Assembly (NCBI GenBank): GCA_049314435.1
Contig: JBMOFD010000023.1
Coordinates: forward strand, 1 to 25,113
Direction of reading: 5' to 3'
Length of the DNA stretch: 25,113 nt
Source: Chlamydiia bacterium
GTDB lineage: Bacteria > Chlamydiota > Chlamydiia > Chlamydiales > JBMOFD01
The translations under genes were made by a program, and so were the position numbers. The stretch's first letter is position 1. Every line of letters begins with the position of its first letter. The notes beneath the pieces were generated by a model. It worked only from the letters and a program-made list of their open reading frames with translations, was not told where the DNA came from and searched no databases. Of the stretch, positions 1-7,618 are shown one piece after another.

Positions 1-71
1 AATCCACAAGCTGGGTTGCGAGTCTAGAAAGTAGACAAGAGTAAGAACTCAATGGAAAGGGTAGGTGCGGT

Positions 72-1469
72 GTGAACAGTTCGTCGATTTCGCCCAGCGG
101 CTCCAGCGTCCCGCCTACAACTCTTTCATCCAGTTCGTCTAGCACGAGCGCTGGGGTGCAAACCACGGCGCAGACTCCTGTTTCGAGCTCGACGCCCACT
201 GCAGGTGTAACGCCCCTGAACATCGACCAGGCTATGGCCCTGACGCAGACGATGCAGCAGATGGGGGGCACCCTTGCCCTTCTCCAGGTGCCTGGTCGTC
301 TTCCCACCAGCACTAGCGCTGTCGATATGCAAGCCTTCCTCAACGGTTTCATGGGCCAGTACGTCTCATTGATGACGACCGTGGCAAGTGGAACGTCTGT
401 GCCGACCCCTACAGGAGGGACTGCGCTGAGCGTGATCGCCTCGTATATCGGCAATGCACTAGCTACGCTCCCTCCGTCGACCCTAGGAGCCCTTCTCTAT
501 TCCTTCTGCAATACCTACGCCTTCACGGGTAAGAGCTTACCGGTAGAGAGCTTCAGGACCATGCTCAGCGATATAGCCAACCAAACGCCGAGCTCACCTT
601 TCAGCGGGCAGCCCTATGCTGCGGTCTTCGCCACGATGGCTAAGGCCTGCTTCAACCAGCCCTCCACATCGTCCTCTTCCTCCTCAAACCCTCCACCAGC
701 GCCCGTCTTGAATAGCGCGGTCCTCCAGGACATCGAATCAGAAGGCGGCCTGAACCCAAATAGTGTGGGTCAGATCATCACGGATTGGCAGGGATGGTCG
801 TCGGGAACGGGAACACTGAGCACAGCCGGGGGATGGGGGCCTGCCTCGACGGTCGTCTTCATGCAGCAGTTTTCGCCCTACATCCAGACTTTCCTGGGGA
901 ATACGCTCCTCATGAGCTCTCACTTGAATACGAGCGGTCTTACTGTCGGCGAAGGTCTTTCCATGATCCTCGCTGGGATCGCCACTCTTCCCATGGGGAG
1001 CGGTCCATCGGGGAGTACGTCAAGCACAGCCGCCATCAGCATCGACTCCTTCTTTAACTCGATCCTGAATCAGAATACCGGGGTGTTTCGTATGGCCGAT
1101 CTGCTCCCCCAGGTAGCCCATGAGCAGATCAACCATCTCCTAAACAGCCTCCCACCAGGGTTCACCCAATTATCGGCAGTGCGCCAAGCCATGACGGATG
1201 CTTCGACCTTTGGGGCGTCGAGAGCAAGTAGCTTCCTGAACCAAGCGATGGTCGCTCCACCCCTCCCGAACCCGCCCGATAGGTTCGATTGGAACCTATC
1301 GCCGATGTATGTGAACCTCTCGGGACCTCAGTCCTCCTCGCCCTTTATTTTATATGGCGCCTCGAGCGTCAATGCCCAGACCCAAGAAGAGATCGACGCC
1401 CTCATGAATGCCCCTACGACCCCGAGCCCAACACTCAGAACAAGCTTAACGCAGGAACCGCGAGTCTAA
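72..1469 (+). CDS. Ser/Thr/Gly/Pro-rich hypothetical protein (465 aa), candidate secreted effector
   Basis: Long ORF with GTG start, bounded upstream by an in-frame TAA at 42-44. Low-complexity N-terminus MNSSSISPSGSSVPPTTLSSSSSS. Few charged residues. No family recognised. Confidence 0.8.
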   Translation: MNSSSISPSGSSVPPTTLSSSSSSTSAGVQTTAQTPVSSSTPTAGVTPLNIDQAMALTQTMQQMGGTLALLQVPGRLPTSTSAVDMQAFLNGFMGQYVSLMTTVASGTSVPTPTGGTALSVIASYIGNALATLPPSTLGALLYSFCNTYAFTGKSLPVESFRTMLSDIANQTPSSPFSGQPYAAVFATMAKACFNQPSTSSSSSSNPPPAPVLNSAVLQDIESEGGLNPNSVGQIITDWQGWSSGTGTLSTAGGWGPASTVVFMQQFSPYIQTFLGNTLLMSSHLNTSGLTVGEGLSMILAGIATLPMGSGPSGSTSSTAAISIDSFFNSILNQNTGVFRMADLLPQVAHEQINHLLNSLPPGFTQLSAVRQAMTDASTFGASRASSFLNQAMVAPPLPNPPDRFDWNLSPMYVNLSGPQSSSPFILYGASSVNAQTQEEIDALMNAPTTPSPTLRTSLTQEPRV

Positions 1470-1581
1470 GCGATAGCTCGGTAAGAGAGCGTAGCCTCGT
1501 AATGGTTGATGGGAAATCGCAACGAAGACATGGAGTCAATGCCTCCATCTGTGGTAAAACAGTAAGGGAGAGGTGAATGAC

Positions 1582-2061
1582 ATGGCAGATCAGATCACAG
1601 TTGAAGAACTAGAAGCCCTTGTTGCTGACAATTCAAAGGCGACTTTGGAAGAGCTGGTAGAGGCTTCCGTGCGGGTGTTTAGCCTGCTCGCAGAGGCGAT
1701 CAAAAATCCAGAAGCTCCAGATAGCAAACATTTGCTGGATCTAGTTCAGAAACTCAAAACGAAACTTGAGACAGAGGCGCAGAGCGCCCTGCAATCCGCT
1801 GGTATGACAGAGGAAGATCTCAAAGTATTTCTAGAAGATCCTAACAACTTCAGCCCCCAAGAGTGGGAACAGCTGCAGAGCATGCGCGGTGAGATGAACA
1901 AGGCGAGTCAGCAGTTCATGCAGAACGCCATGGGTACGGCCTTCGGTGGTGCTAGTCCGGCGCTTCCAGCTCCAGGAAAAGAGCAGCAGAAGCCTTCTGC
2001 TCAGAAGGGTGGAGCTCAGCGTCCCGGTGGTCGCCGCGACAACGACTGGCTCGCTCCGTAA
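1582..2061 (+). CDS. Acidic alpha-helical hypothetical protein (~159 aa)
   Basis: ORF 1573..2061. ATG at 1582 is 8 nt after GGAGAGG, so it is preferred over the GTG at 1573. The motif GMTEEDL...DPNNFSPQEW and a C-terminal W-containing tail resemble, from memory only, a Chlamydiae-conserved hypothetical. Confidence 0.8.
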   Translation: MADQITVEELEALVADNSKATLEELVEASVRVFSLLAEAIKNPEAPDSKHLLDLVQKLKTKLETEAQSALQSAGMTEEDLKVFLEDPNNFSPQEWEQLQSMRGEMNKASQQFMQNAMGTAFGGASPALPAPGKEQQKPSAQKGGAQRPGGRRDNDWLAP

Positions 2062-2080
2062 TACGAAGCGTTGTTGAGTC

Positions 2081-2132
2081 AAATGGCAAAGGGCCCTTTC
2101 CCACTTTGTGGGGAAGGGCCCTTGTCATTTTT
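2081..2132. terminator. Bidirectional intrinsic terminator between convergent genes
   Basis: Stem AAGGGCCCTTTCCCAC-TTT-GTGGGGAAGGGCCCTT (one G-U pair), extended by AAATGGC/GTCATTT, with short T tracts on both strands. Lies between the stops at 2061 (+) and 2151 (-). Confidence 0.8.
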
Positions 2133-2150
2133 AACAGGTTGTTTCTTGTC

Positions 2151-3392
2151 CTAAGCGCTCTTCTGAGCACGGACCACGCGAGGAGTACCGCCTACGGATA
2201 GAGAATCTTCCTCAACAACGATCTCCCGGATATCCGGGTCGGAGGGGACTTCAAACATGAGGTCGCGGAGAAGTGTTTCCACGATCATACGCAGAGCTCG
2301 CGCTCCCGTACCCACATCCATCGCTTTCTGAGCGATCGCTCGCAAAGCTCCGTCCGTGAAGGTCAGTTTGACATTCTCCTCAGCAAAGAGGGCCGTGTAC
2401 TGCTTGATCAGAGCGTTCTTGGGCTTGACCAAGATCTCGATCAGCTCCTCTTGATTGAGCTCATTGCAGCTGACGATCAGGCTGAAGCGTCCCACAAACT
2501 CCGGGATCATCCCAAAGGCGATGAGGTCTTGCGGTTCCACTTGATCGAGGAGCCAGTTCTTATAGTTCACATTCGTAGGATCGAGTTGAGGTCCCTTCTC
2601 TTCAGGATTCCCAAATCCAATCGTGGTCTTCCCAAGACGGCGAGAGATCGCCTTATCGAGATGCACGAAAGCGCCACCGACAATGAAGAGGATATTTTCC
2701 GTATTGACCTGGATGTAGTCCTGGTTCGGATGCTTACGTCCCCCTTTGGGAGGGACGTTCGCTACGGTACCCTCGAGGATCTTCAGCAATGCTTGCTGCA
2801 CGCCTTCGCCTGAAACGTCTCGAGTGATCGATACGTTTGAGGAGGTCTTCCCAATCTTATCGATTTCGTCGATGTAGATGATCCCCATCTCCGTACGTGC
2901 GACATCGAACTCGGCTGACTGCAAAAGCCTCAGCACGATGTTCTCTACGTCCTCGCCCACGTACCCAGCTTCAGTCAGCGTCGTCGCATCCGCAATCGCA
3001 AAGGGAACATCTAAAATCTGCGCTAGGGTCTTCGCAATCAGAGTCTTCCCACTACCCGTAGGACCTAGCAACAGGACGTTAGACTTGTTGTAGACGATCC
3101 CACTGTCGTGTTGACGCAGAGACAGGATTCTCTTGTAGTGGTTGTACACAGCCACGGAGATGGTACGCTTCGCGTGTTCCTGTCCGATGATGTAGTCATC
3201 CAACCGCCCCTTCAGTTCCCTCGGCTTCAGAAGCTGAAACTGCGTCTTCACCGGCTTCTTCTCGACAATGCCCATACAGAGACGTACGCACTTGTCGCAG
3301 ATGAAGACGTTCGGACCCGAGATCAGCTTCTCAACCAGATCTTCCGTGCGTCCACAAAAGGAACACAAGGGTTTGTCCTTCTCTTTGCTCAT
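2151..3392 (-). CDS. clpX: ATP-dependent Clp protease ATP-binding subunit ClpX
   Basis: N-terminal C4 zinc finger (CSFC...CDKC), Walker [20 protein letters not shown], Walker [26 protein letters not shown] loop, IGF loop, TGARALR. Confidence 0.98.
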   Translation of the reverse strand: MSKEKDKPLCSFCGRTEDLVEKLISGPNVFICDKCVRLCMGIVEKKPVKTQFQLLKPRELKGRLDDYIIGQEHAKRTISVAVYNHYKRILSLRQHDSGIVYNKSNVLLLGPTGSGKTLIAKTLAQILDVPFAIADATTLTEAGYVGEDVENIVLRLLQSAEFDVARTEMGIIYIDEIDKIGKTSSNVSITRDVSGEGVQQALLKILEGTVANVPPKGGRKHPNQDYIQVNTENILFIVGGAFVHLDKAISRRLGKTTIGFGNPEEKGPQLDPTNVNYKNWLLDQVEPQDLIAFGMIPEFVGRFSLIVSCNELNQEELIEILVKPKNALIKQYTALFAEENVKLTFTDGALRAIAQKAMDVGTGARALRMIVETLLRDLMFEVPSDPDIREIVVEEDSLSVGGTPRVVRAQKSA

Positions 3393-3403
3393 GAAAAATT
3401 GCC

Positions 3404-3991
3404 TTAACCTGTACGTGGAATGAGGACCTTATCGACCAGACCATAGGTCACAGCTTCCTGTGCACCCATGTAGTAGTCGCGTTCCGAATCCCGAATAACC
3501 TTTTCTAATGGCTGGCCCGTGAGCTCTGCCATCAATTGACTGATCAGCGCCTTCTGACGAAGAATCTCTTCGGCTTGCAGCTGAATGTCTGCGGAAGTTC
3601 CGCCTACTCCACCATAGGGTTGATGCAACATCATCCGGCTATGGGGCAGTGTGTACCTCTTGCCCTTCGTCCCAGCAGCAAGGAGCAGAGCTGCCATCGA
3701 GGCTGTCTGTCCAATGCAGTACGTGGTGACGTCGCAGCCGAGGAACCGAATCGTGTCGAAGATCGCCAACCCAGCAGCAATATACCCGCCCGGGCTGTTG
3801 ATGTAGATACTAATGTCCTTCTTCGGATCTTCCATCTTCAGGAAGAGCAGCTGAGCAATGACGAGATTGGCCAGCGGATCGTTGATCTCCTGTCCAATGA
3901 AGACAATACGGTCTTTGAGAAGCCGAGAGAAAATGTCCATGGAGCGTTCGCCCCGGCCCGTGTCCTCTAAGATGAACGGAACAAGTGACAT
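3404..3991 (-). CDS. clpP: ATP-dependent Clp protease proteolytic subunit (ClpP2-type, adjacent to clpX)
   Basis: [23 protein letters not shown], catalytic Ser (GQTASMAA), His (MLHQP) and Asp (ERDYYM). Located between tig and clpX. Confidence 0.97.
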   Translation of the reverse strand: MSLVPFILEDTGRGERSMDIFSRLLKDRIVFIGQEINDPLANLVIAQLLFLKMEDPKKDISIYINSPGGYIAAGLAIFDTIRFLGCDVTTYCIGQTASMAALLLAAGTKGKRYTLPHSRMMLHQPYGGVGGTSADIQLQAEEILRQKALISQLMAELTGQPLEKVIRDSERDYYMGAQEAVTYGLVDKVLIPRTG

Positions 3992-4015
3992 GCGATCCTA
4001 CAGTTAAAAGGGTGT

Positions 4016-4039
4016 AGCCCGGGGAGACAACCCCGGGCT
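4016..4039 (-). promoter_or_regulatory. GC-rich hairpin at the 5' end of the predicted clpP-clpX mRNA (or 3' hairpin of tig)
   Basis: Perfect 9-bp inverted repeat AGCCCGGGG-AGACAA-CCCCGGGCT, starting ~6 nt downstream of the predicted -10 box. Confidence 0.55.
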
Positions 4040-4045
4040 CGACTC

Positions 4046-4074
4046 AGTGTAAGAGTGAGCTCGGGACTGGTCAA
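4046..4074 (-). promoter_or_regulatory. Sigma70/sigma66-type promoter for clpP-clpX
   Basis: Minus strand TTGACC (4074-4069), 17-nt spacer, TACACT (4051-4046), in the tig-clpP intergenic region. Confidence 0.7.
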
Positions 4075-4087
4075 GAAAACTGCTCGA

Positions 4088-5449
4088 TTAAACGAACGGA
4101 TGCACTTGTTCGAGGCGTTGGCCATGTTCCAACAGATACTTCAGGGTCTCCTGCAGAAGAGCCTGTGACATCGTCACACCGCGTAGATGCTGAAGAAGGC
4201 CTTCCACTTGCTCCTTCTTCGGTTCCCCGTGGGCCTTCACATGGTCTGCCAACACACGCTGGAAGAGCGCATTGAGATCCGCTTCCGACATCTCAATCGC
4301 TTTCTCACGCAGCAGCTGCTGACCGAGGAACAGCAGACGCACAATGTGCACCGCTTCCGGTAGACGACGCTGAGCTTCCCCTTGCACCTGATCCTGAGAG
4401 AGCGACTTGCGCTGCTCTTCGGTCATCCGGGCAATCAGTTGGCTGATCTGGAAGCGAAGCTCCTTCTCGACCAAACTCTTTGGCACTTCAAAGACAAGCA
4501 GTTCGTTGAGCTGTCGACGAAGAGCCGCTTCACGCTCATGCTGACGCATGCGCTGAAGGAGGTCGTTGGCCTGCTGCTCAATCACTTCATGCATCTGCTC
4601 CATCGACTTCATGCCGAGCTTCTTCACGAGCTCGTCATCCACCGGAGGTAGCTTTGGTGTGCTGATCGCACGTACCGTCACCTTCACTGGAACAGAGACG
4701 AAGTGCTCTTTTGCCGAAGGAGGCGCACGCTCATCCAACTCTGTCTGCGCTTCGAAGACATCACCGATATTCTTACCGATCACCAGCTTGCGTAGCCAAG
4801 AGGGCATCTGATCGCTCACACTAAAGCGACGTTCGTTGTAGAGAGACTGTGGCTGGTCTTTCTGTAGATCGACGTCGATGTCGACAAAGTCGTTCTCCGC
4901 TACAGGACGATCTGTCACTGGTTCCCAATCCGCCACAAACAACTTCAGCGAATCCAGCATGCGTTCGCGTGCCTTTGTCTGGAGCTCATCGGTGATCTCA
5001 CAAGTGGGGATCTGCAGCGCAGCTGGATCCAGGTGGATCTCGGCAGGCACCGTCTCGTAGCGCAGGATCAAGGTGCCGCCCTTCTCGACTGTGCATTCTC
5101 GTAGCTGGAACTGAATCGATTGCGTAGGATCGCTAGGACGAATGCCCGATAGCTCAATCGCTTTGGTTCCAGCAACGGAACCAAGCTCCTGGCGCCACTG
5201 CTTCTCGATCTCTTTGGCAAAGTTCTGCTTCACCTGCTCGGCCGGGACTTTGCCCTTGCGGAACCCAGGCAAGCTGGCCGATTCGCCCACTTGCTTGATC
5301 GCCTCAGCATAGGCCTTCTGGCAGAAGGAGGGCGTTACCGTAACGAGCATCTCCACTGTGCAAGCAGGGAGCCGTTTGACTTCCAGGGACAGATCAGCAT
5401 CTTGAAATGTTTCTATAGGCAGAGTTGCCACGGGATTGTCTTCAGTCAT
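4088..5449 (-). CDS. tig: Trigger factor
   Basis: Ribosome-binding signature LPGFRKGKVP, FKBP-like middle region (DRPVAENDFVDID), helical C-domain, canonical tig-clpP-clpX order. Start moved from TTG 5488 to ATG 5449 (MTEDN...). Confidence 0.93.
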   Translation of the reverse strand: MTEDNPVATLPIETFQDADLSLEVKRLPACTVEMLVTVTPSFCQKAYAEAIKQVGESASLPGFRKGKVPAEQVKQNFAKEIEKQWRQELGSVAGTKAIELSGIRPSDPTQSIQFQLRECTVEKGGTLILRYETVPAEIHLDPAALQIPTCEITDELQTKARERMLDSLKLFVADWEPVTDRPVAENDFVDIDVDLQKDQPQSLYNERRFSVSDQMPSWLRKLVIGKNIGDVFEAQTELDERAPPSAKEHFVSVPVKVTVRAISTPKLPPVDDELVKKLGMKSMEQMHEVIEQQANDLLQRMRQHEREAALRRQLNELLVFEVPKSLVEKELRFQISQLIARMTEEQRKSLSQDQVQGEAQRRLPEAVHIVRLLFLGQQLLREKAIEMSEADLNALFQRVLADHVKAHGEPKKEQVEGLLQHLRGVTMSQALLQETLKYLLEHGQRLEQVHPFV

Positions 5450-5749
5450 AGAATCGATGCGGCAGGAGATCCCTCGCCCTAGAGCCAAGGGAATTGAGGC
5501 CGCACTCCTCTCATTTGGTTGTTCAGAGAACTGTGTAAGGTTGCAGGTGCCCAGTGGGCATCGTTCAGTTGCCTATCGAAGGGTTCTTGAGGCGGCGCCT
5601 CTGAACGCTTCGTGGGCCTTCTGTTATGCAATTAGCCAGAGAACATGCTGCCATGGCCAGGAGATAGATGCCAGAGTTCTATTTGGATCGTTTTGATGAG
5701 GAGGTCCGCGCAGAAATCTGACCGCATCTCGAAGAGACCGGCAGAAGAA

Positions 5750-5821
5750 AGCGGGTGATGAGATTCGAACTCACGACTTTCACGTTGGCAACGTGACGCT
5801 CTACCGCTGAGCTACACCCGC
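5750..5821 (-). tRNA. tRNA-Gly(GCC)
   Basis: GCGGGTGTAGCTCAGCGGTAGAGCGTCACGTTGCCAACGTGAAAGTCGTGAGTTCGAATCTCATCACCCGCT. Cloverleaf, anticodon loop TTGCCAA, TTCGAA T-loop, U discriminator. CCA not encoded. Confidence 0.96.
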
Positions 5822-5865
5822 AGACCTATAAACATGCTCTCCAGCAGATCTTCCGACCTGCCTGT

Positions 5866-5938
5866 AGCGGGTGATGAGGCTCGAACTCACGACATTCAGC
5901 TTGGGAAGCTGATGCTCTACCAACTGAGCTACACCCGC
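5866..5938 (-). tRNA. tRNA-Gly(CCC)
   Basis: GCGGGTGTAGCTCAGTTGGTAGAGCATCAGCTTCCCAAGCTGAATGTCGTGAGTTCGAGCCTCATCACCCGCT. Anticodon stem TCAGC/GCTGA, loop TTCCCAA. CCA not encoded. Confidence 0.96.
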
Positions 5939-6043
5939 GTAGCACGGAGGGGAGTATCGCAATCGAGTCCCTTTTCCAGCAAGGGGTATGCCGGACGTGA
6001 CCCGCCGCATTGCTGGAGGTACATGACAAAATGAGGGTGGACG

Positions 6044-6115
6044 AAAAGAGGAGACCCTCTGGTGCCAAGTGCCCGATCACCTTTTCAGGGAGCGAGACTT
6101 AGCCAGAGGGTCTCC
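6044..6115 (-). terminator. Long hairpin/terminator downstream of the Gln-rich gene
   Basis: Perfect 13-bp inverted repeat GGAGACCCTCTGG (6050-6062 / 6103-6115). Further internal pairing is capped by CCT-GAAA-AGG on the minus strand and followed by TCTTTT. Confidence 0.65.
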
Positions 6116-6139
6116 AAAAACGTGAACTAGAGGCCTAGT

Positions 6140-6382
6140 CTAACGGCGCTCTTGCTGAGATTTTTGCTGCCATTGCTGCTGACCCTGGCCCTCTTTTTTA
6201 TTCAGTGCTTCTTTTTTGGGCTGTTGGCCAGACTGAGCTTGGTAGCCGGTCTGCTGCTGAGGCTGCTGTCTTTGAAACTGTTGTTGCTGCCCCTGGATCT
6301 CACCTTGTTGCAGTGATTGCCCCTGCTGTTGTTGCTGGGGAGGTTTCTGCTGCTTTTGTTTGAGTTTGTTTCTCTTATCCAT
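6140..6382 (-). CDS. Gln-rich low-complexity microprotein (80 aa)
   Basis: Within ORF 6140..6457. ATG at 6382 is preceded by AGAAGGA 8 nt upstream. 34 of 80 residues are Gln, encoded by mixed CAA/CAG codons. Terminator-like hairpin directly downstream. Confidence 0.65.
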   Translation of the reverse strand: MDKRNKLKQKQQKPPQQQQQGQSLQQGEIQGQQQQFQRQQPQQQTGYQAQSGQQPKKEALNKKEGQGQQQWQQKSQQERR

Positions 6383-6758
6383 GATGACCATCCTTCTATT
6401 TGGTAATTTTCTTTTATAAGTGGGCTTTGAATTCAGCAAGAGGACCCCCATGCACATGGGGATGAGAAGAAAAGCGACTTGGTGACCCTGGGGGCACCAT
6501 ATGGCGGTGAGCTGAATTCGTCTCGCTCGAGATCATGGGTAGATGAAAACGAATGTCAGGCCTGATTTCGAAAAAAAATAGTTTGATCGCAAAGTCTTGA
6601 ATCGGAAGAAGGGGATTTAGTGAATCATGGTGTTGGTTGCATGACCCTGTATCGCTGACCGTCGTTAAACTAGAAGCAGTCGGTGGGAGATCGGCAGGAA
6701 GGGATTGTGCACCCACGCCGAAGAGTGAGTGGAAATGTAGCCGCAACAGGAGGCTGAA

Positions 6759-7310
6759 ATGAGTTCTAGATTACCAGGTACCGGCGGGCCCGATCGGGCG
6801 ATGTCCAATGCGCCCTCTTCGTCTAGCGGAGAACGTCGCAGAACCGCGGCTGAGCAGGCCATACATGATATTTTTTTGGCTGACATGGCTGAGTATTTTC
6901 AGGAGCGACAGGCTGCCCACCCAAGAAGGCCATTTCAAATTGAGGATTTGGCTCACACTGGCGTATGGCAGGCTGCAATCAAGGATGTCAGTGGAAAGGA
7001 GGCTGGTGCTGAAGAAGCCGACTATTCATTTGAGGCAATGACAGAGCGAGACGCGTCAGGTGATACCATAGTTAGAAGTTTGTCAGTGCGTAGCCTGCAA
7101 CCGAACATAGATAGAAGCGATATGCAAAGCGCGGCGGAAGCCCTGCAGGGGCTGGTTCGAGGGAGGTTCGGCCTGCCTGGATTCGAGGTGCTAGTGCCAA
7201 GAAGCGGTAATAGTATAGTTCTGGCTGTTCCTCAGCGCAGCAGAGCAGAGCTTCCTGTTGAGCACTCTAGACCTTCTCCCGCGGCAGATACCCATCCAGA
7301 ACAGGGCTAA
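6759..7310 (+). CDS. Hypothetical protein (183 aa), candidate secreted effector
   Basis: Strong SD AGGAGG 5 nt before ATG. Ser/Gly/Pro-rich N-terminus. No family recognised. Confidence 0.75.
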   Translation: MSSRLPGTGGPDRAMSNAPSSSSGERRRTAAEQAIHDIFLADMAEYFQERQAAHPRRPFQIEDLAHTGVWQAAIKDVSGKEAGAEEADYSFEAMTERDASGDTIVRSLSVRSLQPNIDRSDMQSAAEALQGLVRGRFGLPGFEVLVPRSGNSIVLAVPQRSRAELPVEHSRPSPAADTHPEQG

Positions 7311-7383
7311 GGGGTTGATTGTAGGCCTTGTTCAATAGGCCCGCTGGGGTTGGCGCGTTCAGGGATCCCGATTTTGTAGGGAT

Positions 7384-7558
7384 CTAGCGGTCGAGCCAGC
7401 TTCCAGTACAGGCCTCTAGTTGTTGCCAGGGGAACCTGCATAGACCAGAAGACGGCGTTCTGCGGGAATGCCAGCCGGTTCCCCATAGCGAGGTAGAGAA
7501 TCGGCGGCCTCTGGGTGGATGATTGCGCTGGACTCCACCTCGATCGCCAGCAGTCCTT
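7384..7558 (-). pseudogene. 3'-terminal remnant of a paralog of the AAA_14/DUF4143 ATPase
   Basis: Aligns with 9191-9399 (GLLAIEVESSAIIHPEAADSLPRYGEPAGIPAERRLLVY vs GLLAIEVKSSVSIHPEAADSLLRYGELAGIPTERRLLVY). Has a ~35-nt deletion and a 1-nt insertion, and lacks the whole 5' part. Confidence 0.9.
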
Positions 7559-7575
7559 TTACAAATATGTGTTTA

Positions 7576-7605
7576 TTGATAGCAGATGAGTTAGAAAAGT
7601 ATATT
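7576..7605 (+). promoter_or_regulatory. Possible sigma70/sigma66 promoter for the ~517-aa orphan
   Basis: TTGATA (7576-7581), 18-nt spacer, TATATT (7600-7605), in an AT-rich patch starting exactly where homology of the remnant ends. Confidence 0.45.
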
Positions 7606-7618
7606 GCGAGGTCTATCC

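Noticed and set aside
5801..6080. Small ORFs over the tRNA pair
   Set aside because: These are translations of the tRNA genes.
6050..6115. SRP RNA (ffs)
   Set aside because: It is a long hairpin with a GNRA loop, but lacks the conserved CAGG...GGAA...AGCAG domain IV motif.
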